This document shows positions 38,285 to 52,564 of a stretch of 64,000 nucleotides of DNA, piece after piece; position 1 is the first letter of the stretch, and each line of letters begins with the position of its first letter. A program made the position numbers and the translations under genes. This stretch comes from Octopus sinensis (taxonomy: Eukaryota), in contig NC_042999.1 in NCBI RefSeq assembly GCF_006345805.1, positions 100,688,001 to 100,752,000 on the forward strand, in the 5' to 3' direction. Below the pieces are notes generated by a model that was not told the DNA's origin, did not search any database, and saw only the letters and a list, made by a program, of their open reading frames with translations.

Positions 38285-38665
38285 TCTTTTATCTTTTACT
38301 TGTTTCACTCATTAGAATGCAGCCATGATGGGGCACCACCTTAAAGGAATTGATCCCAGTACCTTTTTCTTTAAAGCCTGGTACTTATTCTATTGGTTTC
38401 TTTAGCTGAACTTCTAAGTTACAGGGACGTAAACACACCAGCACTGGTTGTCAAGTGGTGATAGGTGACAAACACAGACAAAAAGACACACACACATACA
38501 CACATATGATGGGCTTCTTCCAATTTCAATCTACCAAATCCACTCACAAGGCTTTGATTGGCCTGAGGCTATAGTAAAATACATTTGCTCAAGATGTTAT
38601 GCAGCAGGACTGAACCCAGAATTATGTGGTTGAGAAACAAGTTTCTTACCACACAGCTACACCTG
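38285..38665 (-). mobile_element. tRNA-derived SINE type A
   Basis: Homologous to 13455-13858. Confidence 0.82.
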
Positions 38666-39171
38666 CACCTGGAAAATTTTTTTTATCATAGGTCAGCTTG
38701 GTCAGGATATTTGATTGCATTGATTCAAGCACTTGTTTATATTGACTGGTACTTCTTTTTCTCACCTTCAGAAAGATGAAAAGCAAAGTGGATGCAGGAG
38801 AGGGTTTGAAGTTATGAGATAAAGGCATGAAACTAAATACCACAGTCTGTTCAATTGAACTTTCAAATATCAGCTCTGCAAACACTTTCAAAGTCTTTAA
38901 AATGGATTTTCGCCTCTTGTATCTTAAAATAACAAGCTATTACACTAAAGAGAAATTCTACCCAGTCAAAACATGTTAATGAAACAAGATACCTTGGCAA
39001 GAACACTTGATAAATATCTTATATTAAGTCATAACGTGTGTGTGAGTCTGTGTGTGTGCGTGTGTTTATGTATGTGTGAGTGTGTGTGTGTGTGTTATGT
39101 ATGTGTGAGTGTGTGTGTGTGCGTGTGTAGTGTATTTGCGGGGAGATTAAGTGGTCAAGAATTACTATAGA

Positions 39172-39330
39172 CACAAGCATGGCTGTGTAGTTAAGAAGCT
39201 TGCTACCCAACCATGTGGTTTTAAGTTCAGTTCCACTGCATGGCATCTAGGGCAAGTGTCTTCTATAACCCAGGGCTGATCAAAGCCTTGTTATTGAATT
39301 TGATAGATGGAAACTAAAAGAATCCTGTTA
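39172..39330 (+). mobile_element. tRNA-derived SINE type A, 5' half
   Basis: CAAGCATGGCTGTGTAGTTAAGAAGCTTGCTACCCAACC...GATGGAAACTAAAAGAATCC. Confidence 0.75.
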
Positions 39331-39377
39331 TGTGGGTGTGTGCATGTGTGTGTGAGATAATGATATACACACACACG

Positions 39378-39411
<34 letters not shown>

Positions 39412-39924
39412 TGTACATATATGTGTTTGTGTGTCCTTATCTTGATAACACATGAAGATTGTAAATGAGCATCACGATCATACAAGCAGGTCTGCTTGTT
39501 TCCTGTCTTCTGTGGAAAATATGACTGGTCATAGAGAAATATTGTATTGCTTGGAAACAGGTGACGTTTAGCAACAAGATGGGCATCTGACCAGAGAAAA
39601 ATCTGCCTCAACATATTTCACCTGACCTTTAGAGTAGCATAGAAAACTTGATGTTAAAATGATGATGTGCCACTGCTCCTGCTTCCACAGTTGCTGCTGC
39701 CATCACCGCTGCTGCTGAGATTGCTGCTGCCACTATCGCTGCTGTTGCTGCCAACGCCACTACTGCTGCTGCTACCGCCGCCAGCACTGGTGGTGGTGAT
39801 GACAATGATGATGACGATGATAATGTTGATGATGATGGTGATGATGAATCAGAACATTCTAGGTTGATCTGATCTTATACAAGTGCCTTATGTTATTGAT
39901 CCAGAATACTCTTTTACACTTTTT

Positions 39925-40298
39925 ATTCTTTTTACTTGTTTCAGTCATGTGACTGTGGCCATGCTGGAGCACAGCCTTCAGTCAAGCCTAGTACTTATTC
40001 TATAGGTCTCTTTTTTGCCGAACCGTTAAGTTACGGGGACATAAACACACCAGCATCGGTTGTCAAGCGATGTTGGGGGGACAAACACAGACACACAAAC
40101 ACACACATACATATGTATATATATATATATACATATATACGACAGGCTTCTTTCAGTTTCCATCTACCAAATCCACTCACAAGGCTTTGGTTAGCCCAAG
40201 GCTATAGTAGAAGACACTTACCCAAGGTGCTACGCAGTGGGACTGAACCCAGAACCATGTGGTTCGTAAGCAAGCTACTTACCACACAGCCACTCCTA
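39925..40298 (-). mobile_element. tRNA-derived SINE type A, full length
   Basis: Homologous to 13455-13858; its 5' half is repeated at 41431-41592. Confidence 0.9.
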
Positions 40299-41058
40299 CT
40301 GTGAAGGAAACTGGACAAATGGAAACTGTGAGGAAACCAGTCAGACAGATTGTAACCTGCAATTCAAAGGGTTGGCTTTGTCATACACTGTGTCACACTG
40401 AACCTGGCTAAGGAATGTTTATGGGAACACATATCTATGGAATACTCAGCCACTTGTTTAATAATTCAATGAATAGGCAGTTTTAGCTGCTTGAACAATT
40501 GGAATGTCCATTGCTGAAATTAACAGAGGAATCATTTACTGTAATATGTATGTATGCTATGTGTGTGCATGGCTATATATGTTAAAAGTGTGTGTATGTA
40601 TTCTATGTGTGCATGTGTGTAAATGTGTATGAATACTATGTATATGTATGCTTGCATGTGTGTATGTGTATGTGTGTGTGCGTGCGTGTGTGTGTGTGTG
40701 TGTGTGTGTGTAAGTATGTGTGCATGTGTTTATTGATGTGATTGTGCTTTTTAGATTCACATCATACATAAGGGTTTTTTTTGTTGTAAATAGCTGTCAC
40801 ACCAAGCTATATTTAAATACAATTATTTTTATTGTTATCATTAATAAAAGACTTTTAAAAAAAAAAACGCAAATGTGGTAAATGTTCCATCAAGTTCTAA
40901 ATATGGTTATTAATTATTCTTTCATTTAGCAAAATAAATATAATTTCAAGTAAGACTGAGTGATTGCATTTTAAACTCTTGAATCAACCATATCTAATTT
41001 GGAGTAGTGTTTGTGTACATAGGTGTATGTGTGTGTATGTATATGTGGATGACATATA

Positions 41059-41105
<47 letters not shown>

Positions 41106-41215
41106 GATCCACTTACATGAATATATATACACATATATGCACATACAAACACTCACATTTTATGTATACATATGCATGTATGTATGTGTGTGTATGTATA
41201 TGTGGATGACATATA

Positions 41216-41246
<31 letters not shown>

Positions 41247-41275
41247 GTATGTGTATATATATCTATATATATATG

Positions 41276-41341
<66 letters not shown>

Positions 41342-42615
41342 TATATATGTATTCATACACACACATTCACACATATGTATACACACACACACACACACAC
41401 ATACATATGTATATATATATATATACATATATACGACAGGCTTCTTTCAGTTTCCATCTACCAAATCCACTCACAAGGCTTTGGTTAGCCCAAGGCTATA
41501 GTAGAAGACACTTACCCAAGGTGCTACGCAGTGGGACTGAACCCAGAACCATGTGGTTCGTAAGCAAGCTACTTACCACACAGCCACTCCTACTGTGAAG
41601 GAAACTGGACAAATGGAAACTGTGAGGAAACCAGTCAGACAGATTGTAACCTGCAATTCAAAGGGTTGGCTTTGTCATACACTGTGTCACACTGAACCTG
41701 GCTAAGGAATGTTTATGGGAACACATATCTATGGAATACTCAGCCACTTGTTTAATAATTCAATGAATAGGCAGTTTTAGCTGCTTGAACAATTGGAATG
41801 TCCATTGCTGAAATTAACAGAGGAATCATTTACTGTAATATGTATGTATGCTATGTGTGTGCATGGCTATATATGTTAAAAGTGTGTGTATGTATTCTAT
41901 GTGTGCATGTGTGTAAATGTGTACGAATACTATGTATATGTATGCTTGCATGTGTGTATGTGTATGTGTGTGTGCGTGTGTGTGTGTGTGTAAGTATGTG
42001 TGCATGTGTTTATTGATGTGATTGTGCTTTTTAGATTCACATCATACATAAGGGTTTTTTTTGTTGTAAATAGCTGTCACACCAAGCTATATTTAAATAC
42101 AATTATTTTTATTGTTATCATTAATAAAAGACTTTTAAAAAAGAAAACGCAAATGTGGTAAATGTTCCATCAAGTTCTAAATATGGTTATTAATTATTCT
42201 TTCATTTAGCAAAATAAATATAATTTCAAGTAAGACTGAGTGATTGCATTTTAAACTCTTGAATCAACCATATCTAATTTGGAGTAGTGTTTGTGTACAT
42301 AGGTGTATGTGTGTGTATGTATATGTGGATGACATATATGTGTGTGTGTGTATATATATATTATATATATATATATATATAATAGATCCACTTACATGAA
42401 TATATATACACATATATGCACATACAAACACTCACATTTTATGTATACATATGCATGTATGTATGTGTGTGTATAAGTTTGTATGTGTATGTAAATATAT
42501 ATATATATAAATATATGTATATATGTATGTGTATATATATCTATATATATATGTATGTGTATATATATATATATATGAGTATATATGTATTCATACACAC
42601 ACATTCACACATATG

Positions 42616-42678
<63 letters not shown>

Positions 42679-42690
42679 GCATGTATTTTT
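40100..42690. repeat. Near-identical ~1.29-kb tandem duplication
   Basis: ACGACAGGCTTCTTTCAG at 40139 and 41433; GGAGTAGTGTTTGTGTACAT at 41001 and 42281. Differences are mostly in microsatellite length. Confidence 0.95.
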
Positions 42691-43479
42691 CGCACACTAG
42701 TTTAATGACCTCTCCTTCTCAGAGCTGGCTAGCCTCATATGTTAACCACTTAGTCATTTCTGACTAACTTATTTCTTTATCCTTCCATCTTTCTTGGCGT
42801 GTCTAACCATCCTTTCATTGCACAAACTACTCTACTTAATCCTTCATCCTCAGGAGATAATTCCACTGGAATCCTTTCCCTGTGCATGTCTTTCCTCTTG
42901 GTGTTGATTAGGAACAGTTTAAACAGAACATTTATGGTATTAAGTTCATCAGCCTTCAAAGTTCAGGGGCAACACTTCTTGCAGCCATCTCTCTAACTGC
43001 AGCTTTTCCCAGTATTTATCTCAGCCTAGTATTTAATCTGTTTGAATTTATTGAATCATTACATTACATTTTGACACAGCACTATTTTACTTCAGTATAC
43101 TGAAACACAGGCATGGAAACACATATGCATACATGTACACACGCAATTAAACACATACATTTGTGCATACACATTCATTCATATGCACTCATACACATAT
43201 ATGTGAGCATACACACTCAAACATACATAAGAACACACATACACTCACATACACACACACATGCACACTTGCATATGTGTACACACACGTGCATACGCCC
43301 ACACATAAACACATGCTCACATATATGTACACACACACTCACACACACATATTCATGCACACACACATGGGTATGTATTTGTGTGTGTGTGTGCTTATAT
43401 CTATCAAGTTCCGCTGTGAATGCATTGTGAATGTGCATGGATCTCAACATCAAATAGCAGGACCAATGCACCAACAACG

Positions 43480-43800
43480 AAGTCCTCTATCACTCAGAAA
43501 TGCCAAGCATTGAGCTACCATCCTCAAGCATTGCCTTAGGTGGTCAGGACATGTTATCTGAATGGCCCCGTCAAGACTCCTGTGGACCATCCTCTACAGT
43601 GCGTTCGTCAATGGCAAACTACATCAAGGAGTCCCAATAGGCAGATTCAAAGACCAACTGAAGTCTTCCCTCCTTCAAGCTGGGAACCAGAAACAACTGG
43701 TAAACAGAAGCCACTGACGGTCCATCCTGATGAAGAGTAATTCATCTTAGCAGTTCCACTTTTGAGGAGAAAAGAAAGACTGAAGAAAAAGCTAAAAGAC
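43480..43800 (+). mobile_element. RTE LINE C-terminal fragment
   Basis: EMPSIE..ILKHCLRWSGHVI*M..SRL...ILYS..NGK...G.P..RFKDQLKSSL. Confidence 0.75.
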
Positions 43801-44319
43801 GAATACTAGGCCTCCCTGCCGTGTGATAAATGCCCGAGACTGTCAAGTTTGAGCATGATGGAGGCACCAGATGAACCAAACTCAGATACAAGTGGTGCCA
43901 ATGATGAGAGGTTTGTATGTTAGGCTCATGGTTGGTTGGTCATGTGTTCAGTCAAGGAATACTCTTGTATTCTCAACCTCTGAAGTCTCCCATAAACTAG
44001 GATAAGCTCTTGTTTAATGGATCTGTAGGTATGAGACAGACTTTAACTTTAACTCAGGGTATTGATCAAAAGAGTAGACATGTGCCCAAGGTGCCAAAAA
44101 ATCAGATTGGAAACTAAAACCTCAAGGCTGTGAAACAAACTCCTTAACCACGTTTTTATGTCTATGTCCATACATTTATTTATATCAGGTATCTATGAAA
44201 GTGCTTTAGCTTGAATCTATATAGGAAGACATTTTATACTCATTGTGCTTGAGAAGATTTGTCAAGCCAAGTGAAATTGTAATTGTGGCTGATGCTGGTA
44301 TCACATGACTGACATCCAT

Positions 44320-44505
44320 GCCAGTGGCATTTAAAAAGCACCCGTTACACTATTGGAGTAGTTGGTGTTAAGAAGGGCACCAAACTGTAGAAATCATGCC
44401 AAATCAGACTGGAACTTGGTGCAGCTCTCCACCTTACCTCTCTTCCAGTCAAACCATCTAATCTATGCCAGCATGGAAAGTAGACTCTAAATGATGATGA
44501 TGATG
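44320..44505 (+). mobile_element. 5'-truncated RTE LINE 3' end
   Basis: GCCAGTGGCATTTAAAAAGCACCC...GCCAGCATGGAAAGTAGACTCTAAATGATGATGATG. Confidence 0.72.
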
Positions 44506-44517
44506 ATAACTATAGAT

Positions 44518-44790
44518 GCAAGCATGGCTGTGTGGTAAGAAGTTTGCTTCTCAATTACATGGTTCTTGACTGAGTCTTACTGCATAACACCTTGGACAGG
44601 TGTCTTCTACTATAGCCTCAGGCTGACCAAAGCCTTGTCAGTAGATTTGGTAGATGGAAACTGAAAGCAGCCTGTCATATATATGTATGTGTGTCTTTGC
44701 ATCTGTTTGACAATTAATGTTGTTATGTTTACATTCCCTTAACTTAGTGGTTCAACAAAAGAGACTGATAGAATAAGTACCAGACTTTAT
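44518..44790 (+). mobile_element. tRNA-derived SINE type A (3'-truncated)
   Basis: GCATGGCTGTGTGGTAAGAAGTTTGCTT...GAGACTGATAGAATAAGTACCAG. Confidence 0.78.
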
Positions 44791-45377
44791 AATAGCCCCA
44801 ATGCTGTTATAATGCACACAGCCCCTATCAGAATACACATGTGCTTTATAATAACATTCAAGCATTTTAGCTCATATTTCTAGCAATGTAGGTGTCTTGA
44901 CACCCTTAGTCACTTTTAGTTGACAACTATAATTCTCCTTTACAGTATAACATTGCAACTAGCTGTTCTTATTAAATTTTATATACACATTAGCAATCTG
45001 CTAAATCATCCATAAATTTTCATGTTGAATTCATATATTCTCATAGGTGAAGTAGCCTGGAATCTATCGAATGAGCTGGCCTTTCTAACAAAGGCTATGG
45101 AAACAGACAAAATTGATGGGTCAGTGTATATATATAAACATGTGCAAACTGGTATATACTAGTATTTGTTTGTGAAACACTTGTGAAGATTATATAAAAT
45201 GATGACATGACAAAATTTAAACTAACTCTTCTGTTTTATTCTACTCACTCCCTCTTTAATGCACACACACACACACACACACATCCATCCATACGTACAT
45301 GCATACATGCATACATACATACATACATACATACATACATACATACATACATACATACATACATACATACATACATA

Positions 45378-45502
45378 CATGAAGGGCTGCTGCAGTAAGT
45401 GTGTGAATCTGAGAGGGGAATACGTTGAATTAAATCATAATTAACTGATCCTCCTGTATTTTCTTTTACCCAAAGCCAGGACCTTTTCAACACACCCTCA
45501 TA
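45378..45502. mobile_element. Mariner-type MITE, deleted copy
   Basis: Reverse-complement homolog of 11152-11371; ends GCCAGGACCTTTTCAACACACCCTCATA. Confidence 0.65.
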
Positions 45503-45528
45503 TAATACACAATGCACACACAATATGT

Positions 45529-45559
<31 letters not shown>

Positions 45560-46449
45560 CATACATATAATATATACATATGTATTTAAGCATATACACA
45601 CATACTACATGTATCTACATACAAATACGGATAAATGTGTACATACATACATAGAAACTTGCATGCATATACATACACACACATGCATGCACAAACACAC
45701 ATGTATACATATATAAAGGCATGCAAGCACAGATACATATAAATATATACTACATACACATACACACACAAACACACACACACACACACACACATGCACA
45801 TACACATGCACACACAAACACACACACATTTCTTTCACATATTCATGTATCCAATTCTAAATATGCTTGTGCATAGAAAACTACAGATGCATATAAGTGA
45901 ATTAGTGCAGAAACAATGCATGTTAATAACTCTGAGAATGATTTATTACATTAAAGCTAATAGCTTTTGAAATTTGCAACTAACGGCAACCCTGCTTAAC
46001 ACTTTCTTTATATGAGGAATACCTGGATACCTACCTAAGCCAGTTTTAAGTACTGTGCATTTGGATATATTGGATTATATGCACTCATACACAAATGTGT
46101 GTGTGAGTATATCATTCCATACACACACGTGCACACATATCATAAATGTATATATCTATATAAATTAATGAATGATAGAGGAACGGAAATTACATAATCA
46201 CTTTCATTCACTTACAGTTGTTTTTGCTATAAGAAGCAGTGCTTTCAGAGCTGAATGCTTGTACAAAATCCTATATATGGTTCTGAATGTAACCAACTCT
46301 TATCATCATCATCGTTTAACGTCCGTTTTCCATGCTAGCATGATGTATCTAAATGCATTCTGAAATAAACGCATATTTCCCTGTAATGGTGTGTGAGTGT
46401 GAATGCATGTATGTAAGTCCGTGTGGCTGTTCACTTGCTATAAAATAAC

Positions 46450-46860
46450 AATAATGAAATTATTGTATACAGTGCTCAGGTGCACCACAACTTGTCAAAA
46501 GTGTGTATAAAGTATATGCAGTAATGTACAAATGTCTGGAAAGTGAACATTGTATGAGTCAGATACATGCTTGGGGAGAAAATCAGGTGTAGTGTTGGTG
46601 AATCTCAGGAAGCATGGAAGTTTTGAAGGATGCAGTGCTCCGACAACTAACAACTGATGCCAGCAGTTTGTTCCATGCTTCAGCAACTCTTAGCATGAAA
46701 TAATGTTTCCGAAAGTCATGGGAGCTGTGCTGTTTTCTGACTTTGTAAACATGTTCACGGGTGTTAGACAGATGGAGTTTGAAAAGGTGCTCAGAGTTAT
46801 TGTTTGTCGGAGTTTCAATGTATCCATGCCCAGGGAAATAAGGCGTTCAGAATATGATTC
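46450..46860 (-). mobile_element. CR1/L2-like LINE 3' end
   Basis: Minus strand HDFRKH..F...V.E.WNKLLASVVSCRSTASFKTSML, then the tail shared with 31275-31390. Confidence 0.8.
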
Positions 46861-47569
46861 CAACCACTTACTCCTTTCTTCTTCTTTCTTATTAAAAGTG
46901 TAGCAGTTCTGTTATAAGCTCTCACAATGACAAAGACATACACAAATATTGCAAAGTAATAGAAATTTGTTCTGTATAGGCATAAGGCCATAAGTAGATA
47001 AAAAAAAAATCACACAAACAAAAGGCACATGATTATGAAGCAAGTTGGAAATAAACAAGCAAATAATATTTGATGTCACACAAGCAAAATACTTGGAAGA
47101 AAAGTCATAGAAAATTATGAGGTGAAACAAACAACACCAGAAGAATGTGCTAAATGAAAATAAATGTGATAATGAAAGAAACAAAAGAGAATATAACACT
47201 TTAGGTCATACCTTTAATCAGAGAGAAGGAAAAGGAATAAGAGATGTATGAGAGTAAAAGAAACAAATAACAAAGTTACAACATCTGGTTACACTAAGCC
47301 TGCCATGTAAAGCAATATTTTCAATTGAGTATTTATTTCTCTTCTTTTGCTCTTACCTCTCTTATTCCTTTTCTTTCTTTTAGATAAGGGGTATACCCCA
47401 AAATGTTAGATCCCCTTCTGTTTCTTTCACTGGCATGCACATGCATGCATACACATGCGTGCATACACACACACACACACACACACACATGTTGCAGTTA
47501 TCCAAAAGGAGAGTATATTACATTTGCCCAATCATCTGATTTGTTTAAAAATAGCAAATTAATTACTTT

Positions 47570-47945
47570 CTTTTACTCTTTACTCTTTTACTTGTTTCAG
47601 TCATTTGACTGTCGCCATGCTGGAGCATTGCCTTTAGTCGAACAAATAGACCCCAGGACTTATTCTTTGTAAGCCTAGAACTTATTCTATCAGTCTCTTT
47701 TGACGAACTGCTAAGTTACAGGGATGTAAACACACAAGCATCAGTTGTATTTGTGTATATATGTTTGTGTGTCTGTGTTTGTCCCCCCAACATTGCTTGA
47801 CAATATATATGATGGGCTTCTTTCAGTTTCCATCTGCCAAATCCACTCACAAGACTTTGGTCGGCCCGAGGCTATAGTAGAAGACACTTGCCCAAGGTGC
47901 CACACAGTGGGACTGAACCGGAGCCAAGTGGTTCGTAAGCAAGCT
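47570..47945 (-). mobile_element. tRNA-derived SINE type A
   Basis: Homologous to 13455-13858. Confidence 0.88.
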
Positions 47946-48479
47946 AATCAGTTTGTTGAAAGTGCAATGACCACTAACCATAGTAAATATCAATCTTTTC
48001 ATTGTTGGACATATTTTTGATGGAAACACTTCTGTTTAGCTCCAGATTGACCCTGATCGAGCTGATTTATGTTCAAAGACATTCCAGACATAACTATCTA
48101 GTCTGAAATGTCTTTATTTGACAGGCATAATGTATCCAAGTGTACCTTTCGTAACAGTTTTAATGATCGTGAAGAGTTTCTATTGTTAGCTCCTGAAGGA
48201 AGGTAAATTTTATTAATGTATATAGCAGTTTTGATTCTTTAGGATTTTTTGGAAATTTTAAGTAACAACTGATTATGGTTGCATATTCAAGTGTCTGAAA
48301 TGAGGTTTCTCTAATGGATATCTGGAGTAATGTTAACCAACAGGGTGCATAGCTCAGAGGTCAGAGAGTCTTTCCAGGTCAAGCTGCTACTCTCCTCTAA
48401 AAGGTCACAGATCTGGTAACACAGACATGTTTTGAATGTCACAGGAAAGAATCACAAGACAAAGTTCTTCAAGCTGAGC

Positions 48480-48830
48480 CAAGTGGCAGAAGATCCAGGG
48501 ATAGACCAAGAATGAGATAGTAGGATAATATACATAGTCTCAGTTGAGACATCTGGGAACCCTGCTGGAAAGTGTAATGACAAAAATATATGCAAGTGAC
48601 AGAGGCAGTATTAACCCCGAGAAGTAATATATATCCCCACTTAAATGAAGATGATCTGTTAGAAGAAACTATACTGGGATCTCTAACCCCACAACCCTCC
48701 AAGGAACAGTGGTCAGACAAAACGGAGGAACAGATTAATAGTTCACACAAACTGCAGCAAACTATCTGAACCAGCATTATTGAATTTAGATTATGGGTGC
48801 CACTTGTTATATGTGCCATATATTTGACTG
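48480..48830 (+). mobile_element. Degenerate RTE C-terminal fragment
   Basis: ..NPPRNSGQTKRRNRLIVH.NC..LSEP...LWVP resembles YGNLPR.S..I+.RRLR+AGHC.R...L+LW.P. Confidence 0.45.
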
Positions 48831-49232
48831 GGTTACATGAAAGTATTGGTCGTGGCAGTAGTGGTAACACTGCAGTGCTTTTGGTAGTAGATGTAGCAAC
48901 AGCTTACATTGAAGATCTCTAATCAAGTTTCTTGTGATTGATTTTAAGCTGTTTCTGAAAAATGTGTAATTAAAGAGTCTATACTTTTTAAATGGTTGCA
49001 TCAAAGAAGAAGTAAAAAGTGATTCAATGCAAATTTAATTGGAACTTTTTATAAAATAGAATATTGATTTCTTACAGTGGCACAAGACCAGATCTGGAAA
49101 GACAACATACATATGCATATAAATACATATATAAATATATATACAATTTTATATTTATATATATATATATGCATATCTATCTATCTATCTATCTATCTCC
49201 CCCTCTCTTTCTCACATATTCTCTCTCTTGCC

Positions 49233-49328
<96 letters not shown>

Positions 49329-49369
49329 TACACACACACACACATATATATATGTATGTATGTGCCCGA

Positions 49370-49712
49370 TGCCAGTGCCACCTGACTAGCACCCATGCTA
49401 GTGGCACATAATAAGCACCATTCAAGTGTGGGTCAATGCCAGTGCAACCTGACTAGCTCCCCGTGCTGGTGGCACATAAAAAACACCAACTGAATGTGGT
49501 CAATGCCAATGCTGCCTTACTGACACCCATGCCAGTGGCACATAAAAAGCACCCACTACACTTTCGGAGTGGTTGGCGTTAGGAAGGGCATCCAGCTGTA
49601 GAAACCTTGCCAGATCAGATTGGAACCTGGTGCAACCTACAGGCTTGCCAGTTCCCAGTCAAACCATCCAACCCGTGCCAGCATGGAAAACGGACGTTAA
49701 GCAATGATGATG
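49370..49712 (+). mobile_element. 5'-truncated RTE LINE 3' end with internal ~62-bp repeats
   Basis: GCCAGTG..CCTGACTAGC.CCC.TGCT.GTGGCACATAA repeated; ends GGAAAACGGACGTTAAGCAATGATGATG. Confidence 0.82.
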
Positions 49713-49794
49713 TATATATATATATATATTTTTGACTAACGGTAGTGCTCCTGCATGGCTGCAGTCAAGCAGGTGAAACAAATAAAAGAAAAGA

Positions 49795-49825
<31 letters not shown>

Positions 49826-49828
<3 letters not shown>

Positions 49829-50312
49829 CATCATCATCATCATCATCGTTTAGCGTCCGCTTTCCATGCTGGCATGGGTTGGACGGTGCAACTGGGGTCT
49901 GGGAAGCTAGAAGGCTGCACCAGGCCCAGTCTGATCTGGCAATGTTTCTACGGCTGGATGCCCTTCCTAACGCCAACCATTCCATGAGTGTAGTTGGTGC
50001 TTTTTACATGCCACCGGCACAGGTACCAGATGAGGCTGGCAAACGGCCACGGTCGGATGGTGCTTTTTACGTGCCACTGGCATGGAGGCCAGGCGAGACT
50101 GGCAAACGGCCACGATCGGATGGCGCTTTTTACGTGCCACCGGCACGGAGGCCAGGCGAGGCTGGCAACGGCCACGATCGGATGGTGCTTTTTACGTGCC
50201 ACTGGCACGGAAGCCAGTCTGGGCAGCACTGGCCATGGCCACGTTCGGATGGTTCTCTTATGTGCCACCAGCACTGGTATCACAGCTACAATTTCCATTC
50301 ATGTTGATCGAT
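49826..50312 (-). mobile_element. 5'-truncated RTE LINE 3' end with 4-5 internal ~62-bp repeats
   Basis: GGTGCTTTTTACGTGCCAC.GGCA.GGAGGCCAGGCGAG.CTGGCAA.CGGCCACGATCGGAT units at ~49996, 50060, 50120 and 50182. Confidence 0.85.
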
Positions 50313-51149
50313 TTTGATTATACATATATGTGTATATAAATATTTATAAATGAATGCATATGTGTGACTGTGTGCAGGCATGTGTGTGTGTGTGCATATG
50401 TATGTGTATATGTGTGCATGCATATGCATGTGTGTGCATGCATGTGCATGTGTGTGCATGTGTGTGTATGCAATTGCATGCTAATCACACACACATATAT
50501 AGCAACATAAGCAAATGATTTATATTATGCAATACATTTTTTAATGCAAAATTATTGTAACAAGGAAGAATAACAATAAGAATAAAAGTACAAAAGCATA
50601 AAATGCAATAAGAATGATAGCAACAATAACAAAAATGTATTTTGAGTTATCATCCCTGTTACTCAAGTTTTAATAAACGAACAGAATGAATTTTTGCTGA
50701 ATTTTTAAAGTTTAATTTTACAGAAAAGTTCTTCAAGTATATGTATATACGCTTTATTTGCATGTGTGTTCCTGTGTGTGTGTGTTGCTGCGTGTAGACG
50801 TACATGACCATATATACACATAGATACATGTGTAGTTGTAATTAAGTAACTACACCATAAGATTCATATCATAGTTAGTCACATGTATTAGGGGGTTATT
50901 GATTTGAAGAGATGTATGAATGCGTGTGTGTGTGCATGTGTATGTGTGCATGTGTGTGTGTGCATGTGTGTATGTGTGCGTGTGTGTGTGCATGTGTGTG
51001 TGTAGGTGTGTGTTTGTGTAAGTGCTTGTGTGAATGTATTCTCTATTTTTAATGATTTGAAATCTTCCTGTGTGGAAGGAGCTAGTTTCTGACAAAGATA
51101 CAATGGTACAAAGCCCTATTATATTGAATTTCAGAAAAGCTTTGCATAT

Positions 51150-51373
51150 TACTCTTTTACTCTTTTACTTGTTTCAGTCATTTGACTGTGGCCATGCTGG
51201 GGTACCACCTTTAGTCGAGCAAATGGACCTGAGGAACTTATTCTTTGTAAGCCTAGTACTTATTCTATCAGTCTCTTTTGCTGCACCACTAAGTTATGGG
51301 GATGTAAACACACCAGCATCGGTTGTCAAGCGATGTTAGGGGGACAAACACAGACACACAAACATATATGCAC

Positions 51374-51460
<87 letters not shown>

Positions 51461-51615
51461 GATGGGCTTCTTTCAGTTTCCGTCTATGAAATCCATTCAC
51501 AAGGCTTTGGTTGGCCCGAGGCTTTAGTAGAAGACGCTTGCCCAAGGTGCCAGGCAGTGGGACTGAACCCGGAACCATGTGGTTGGTAAGCAAGCTACTT
51601 ACCACACAGCCACTG
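51150..51615 (-). mobile_element. tRNA-derived SINE type A with an expanded internal (TA)n
   Basis: Homologous to 13455-13858. Confidence 0.9.
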
Positions 51616-51976
51616 CTAGCAGATTGCTTTTATAATGTGCAAATTAGCTAGTTGATTTCTTTTTATGAACTACCTTCCCCAGAGCATCACTTAGGCATTT
51701 ACTCACAAAATCAAGTGCAATAATATTGGTATAAATGTGAATTTATAATCTGGGTACAGAAGCTGAAGACTTCAAAGGAGTTGTCTATATTTATTCACTT
51801 TCTCTTTGCTTTTATAAAGAGATATTCAGCAGGGCAGCTGACTTTTAAGCATGTACATGTTTATGGTAAGTATGTGTGTGTGTGTGTATGCATAAATCTA
51901 TATATATATGACTGTGTGTGTATTGTTGGCGATTTTCTTTCTCCGTTTTCCCTTCCTAAAACCTTCCTTTTTCTAT

Positions 51977-52011
51977 GTTTCTGACGAATAGCTCAGCTCG
52001 AAACATTAAAT
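51977..52011 (+). ncRNA. Minimal hammerhead motif, paralog of 10230-10264 (more decayed)
   Basis: GTTT-CTGACGA-A-TAGC/TCA/GCTC-GAAA-CA-TT-AAAT, inside a ~185-bp element (51925-52110). Confidence 0.65.
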
Positions 52012-52164
52012 CCTCCTTCTTTCTTTCCTTTCTTGAGTGTCCAATAACACTATACTTGTTTCACATCCTCATGTTGTAGTGTTTTCTCTTTGTTCATGTT
52101 TGGAGTAACGATATATATATATATGTATAAATATATATTCTATATATATATATATATATATATA

Positions 52165-52364
52165 TGTTCTGGCACACTGTGCCGGTGGCACGTAAAAAGC
52201 ACCCACTACACTCATGGAGTGCTTGGCGTTTAAAGGGCATCCAGCCGTAGAAACATTGCCAGATCAAACTGGGCCTGGTGCAGCCTTCTGGCTTCCCAGA
52301 CCCCAGTTGAACCATCCAACCCATGCTAGCATGGAAAGCGGACGCTAAACAATGATGATGATGA

Positions 52365-52368
<4 letters not shown>
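52165..52368 (+). mobile_element. 5'-truncated RTE LINE 3' end
   Basis: GGCACGTAAAAAGCACCCACTACAC...GGACGCTAAACAATGATGATGATGATATATA. Confidence 0.82.
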
Positions 52369-52415
<47 letters not shown>

Positions 52416-52564
52416 AATGCCATTTAAGGGATATTTGTATCCAATGAATTACTGGTGTATTACCCATTTGTGATTATAAGCATTAGTATTAATGCTCATA
52501 AACGATAGGTAAAGACAGGAATAAACTGAAGTTTATCTATATTTATGGAAAAATGAAAAAATGG

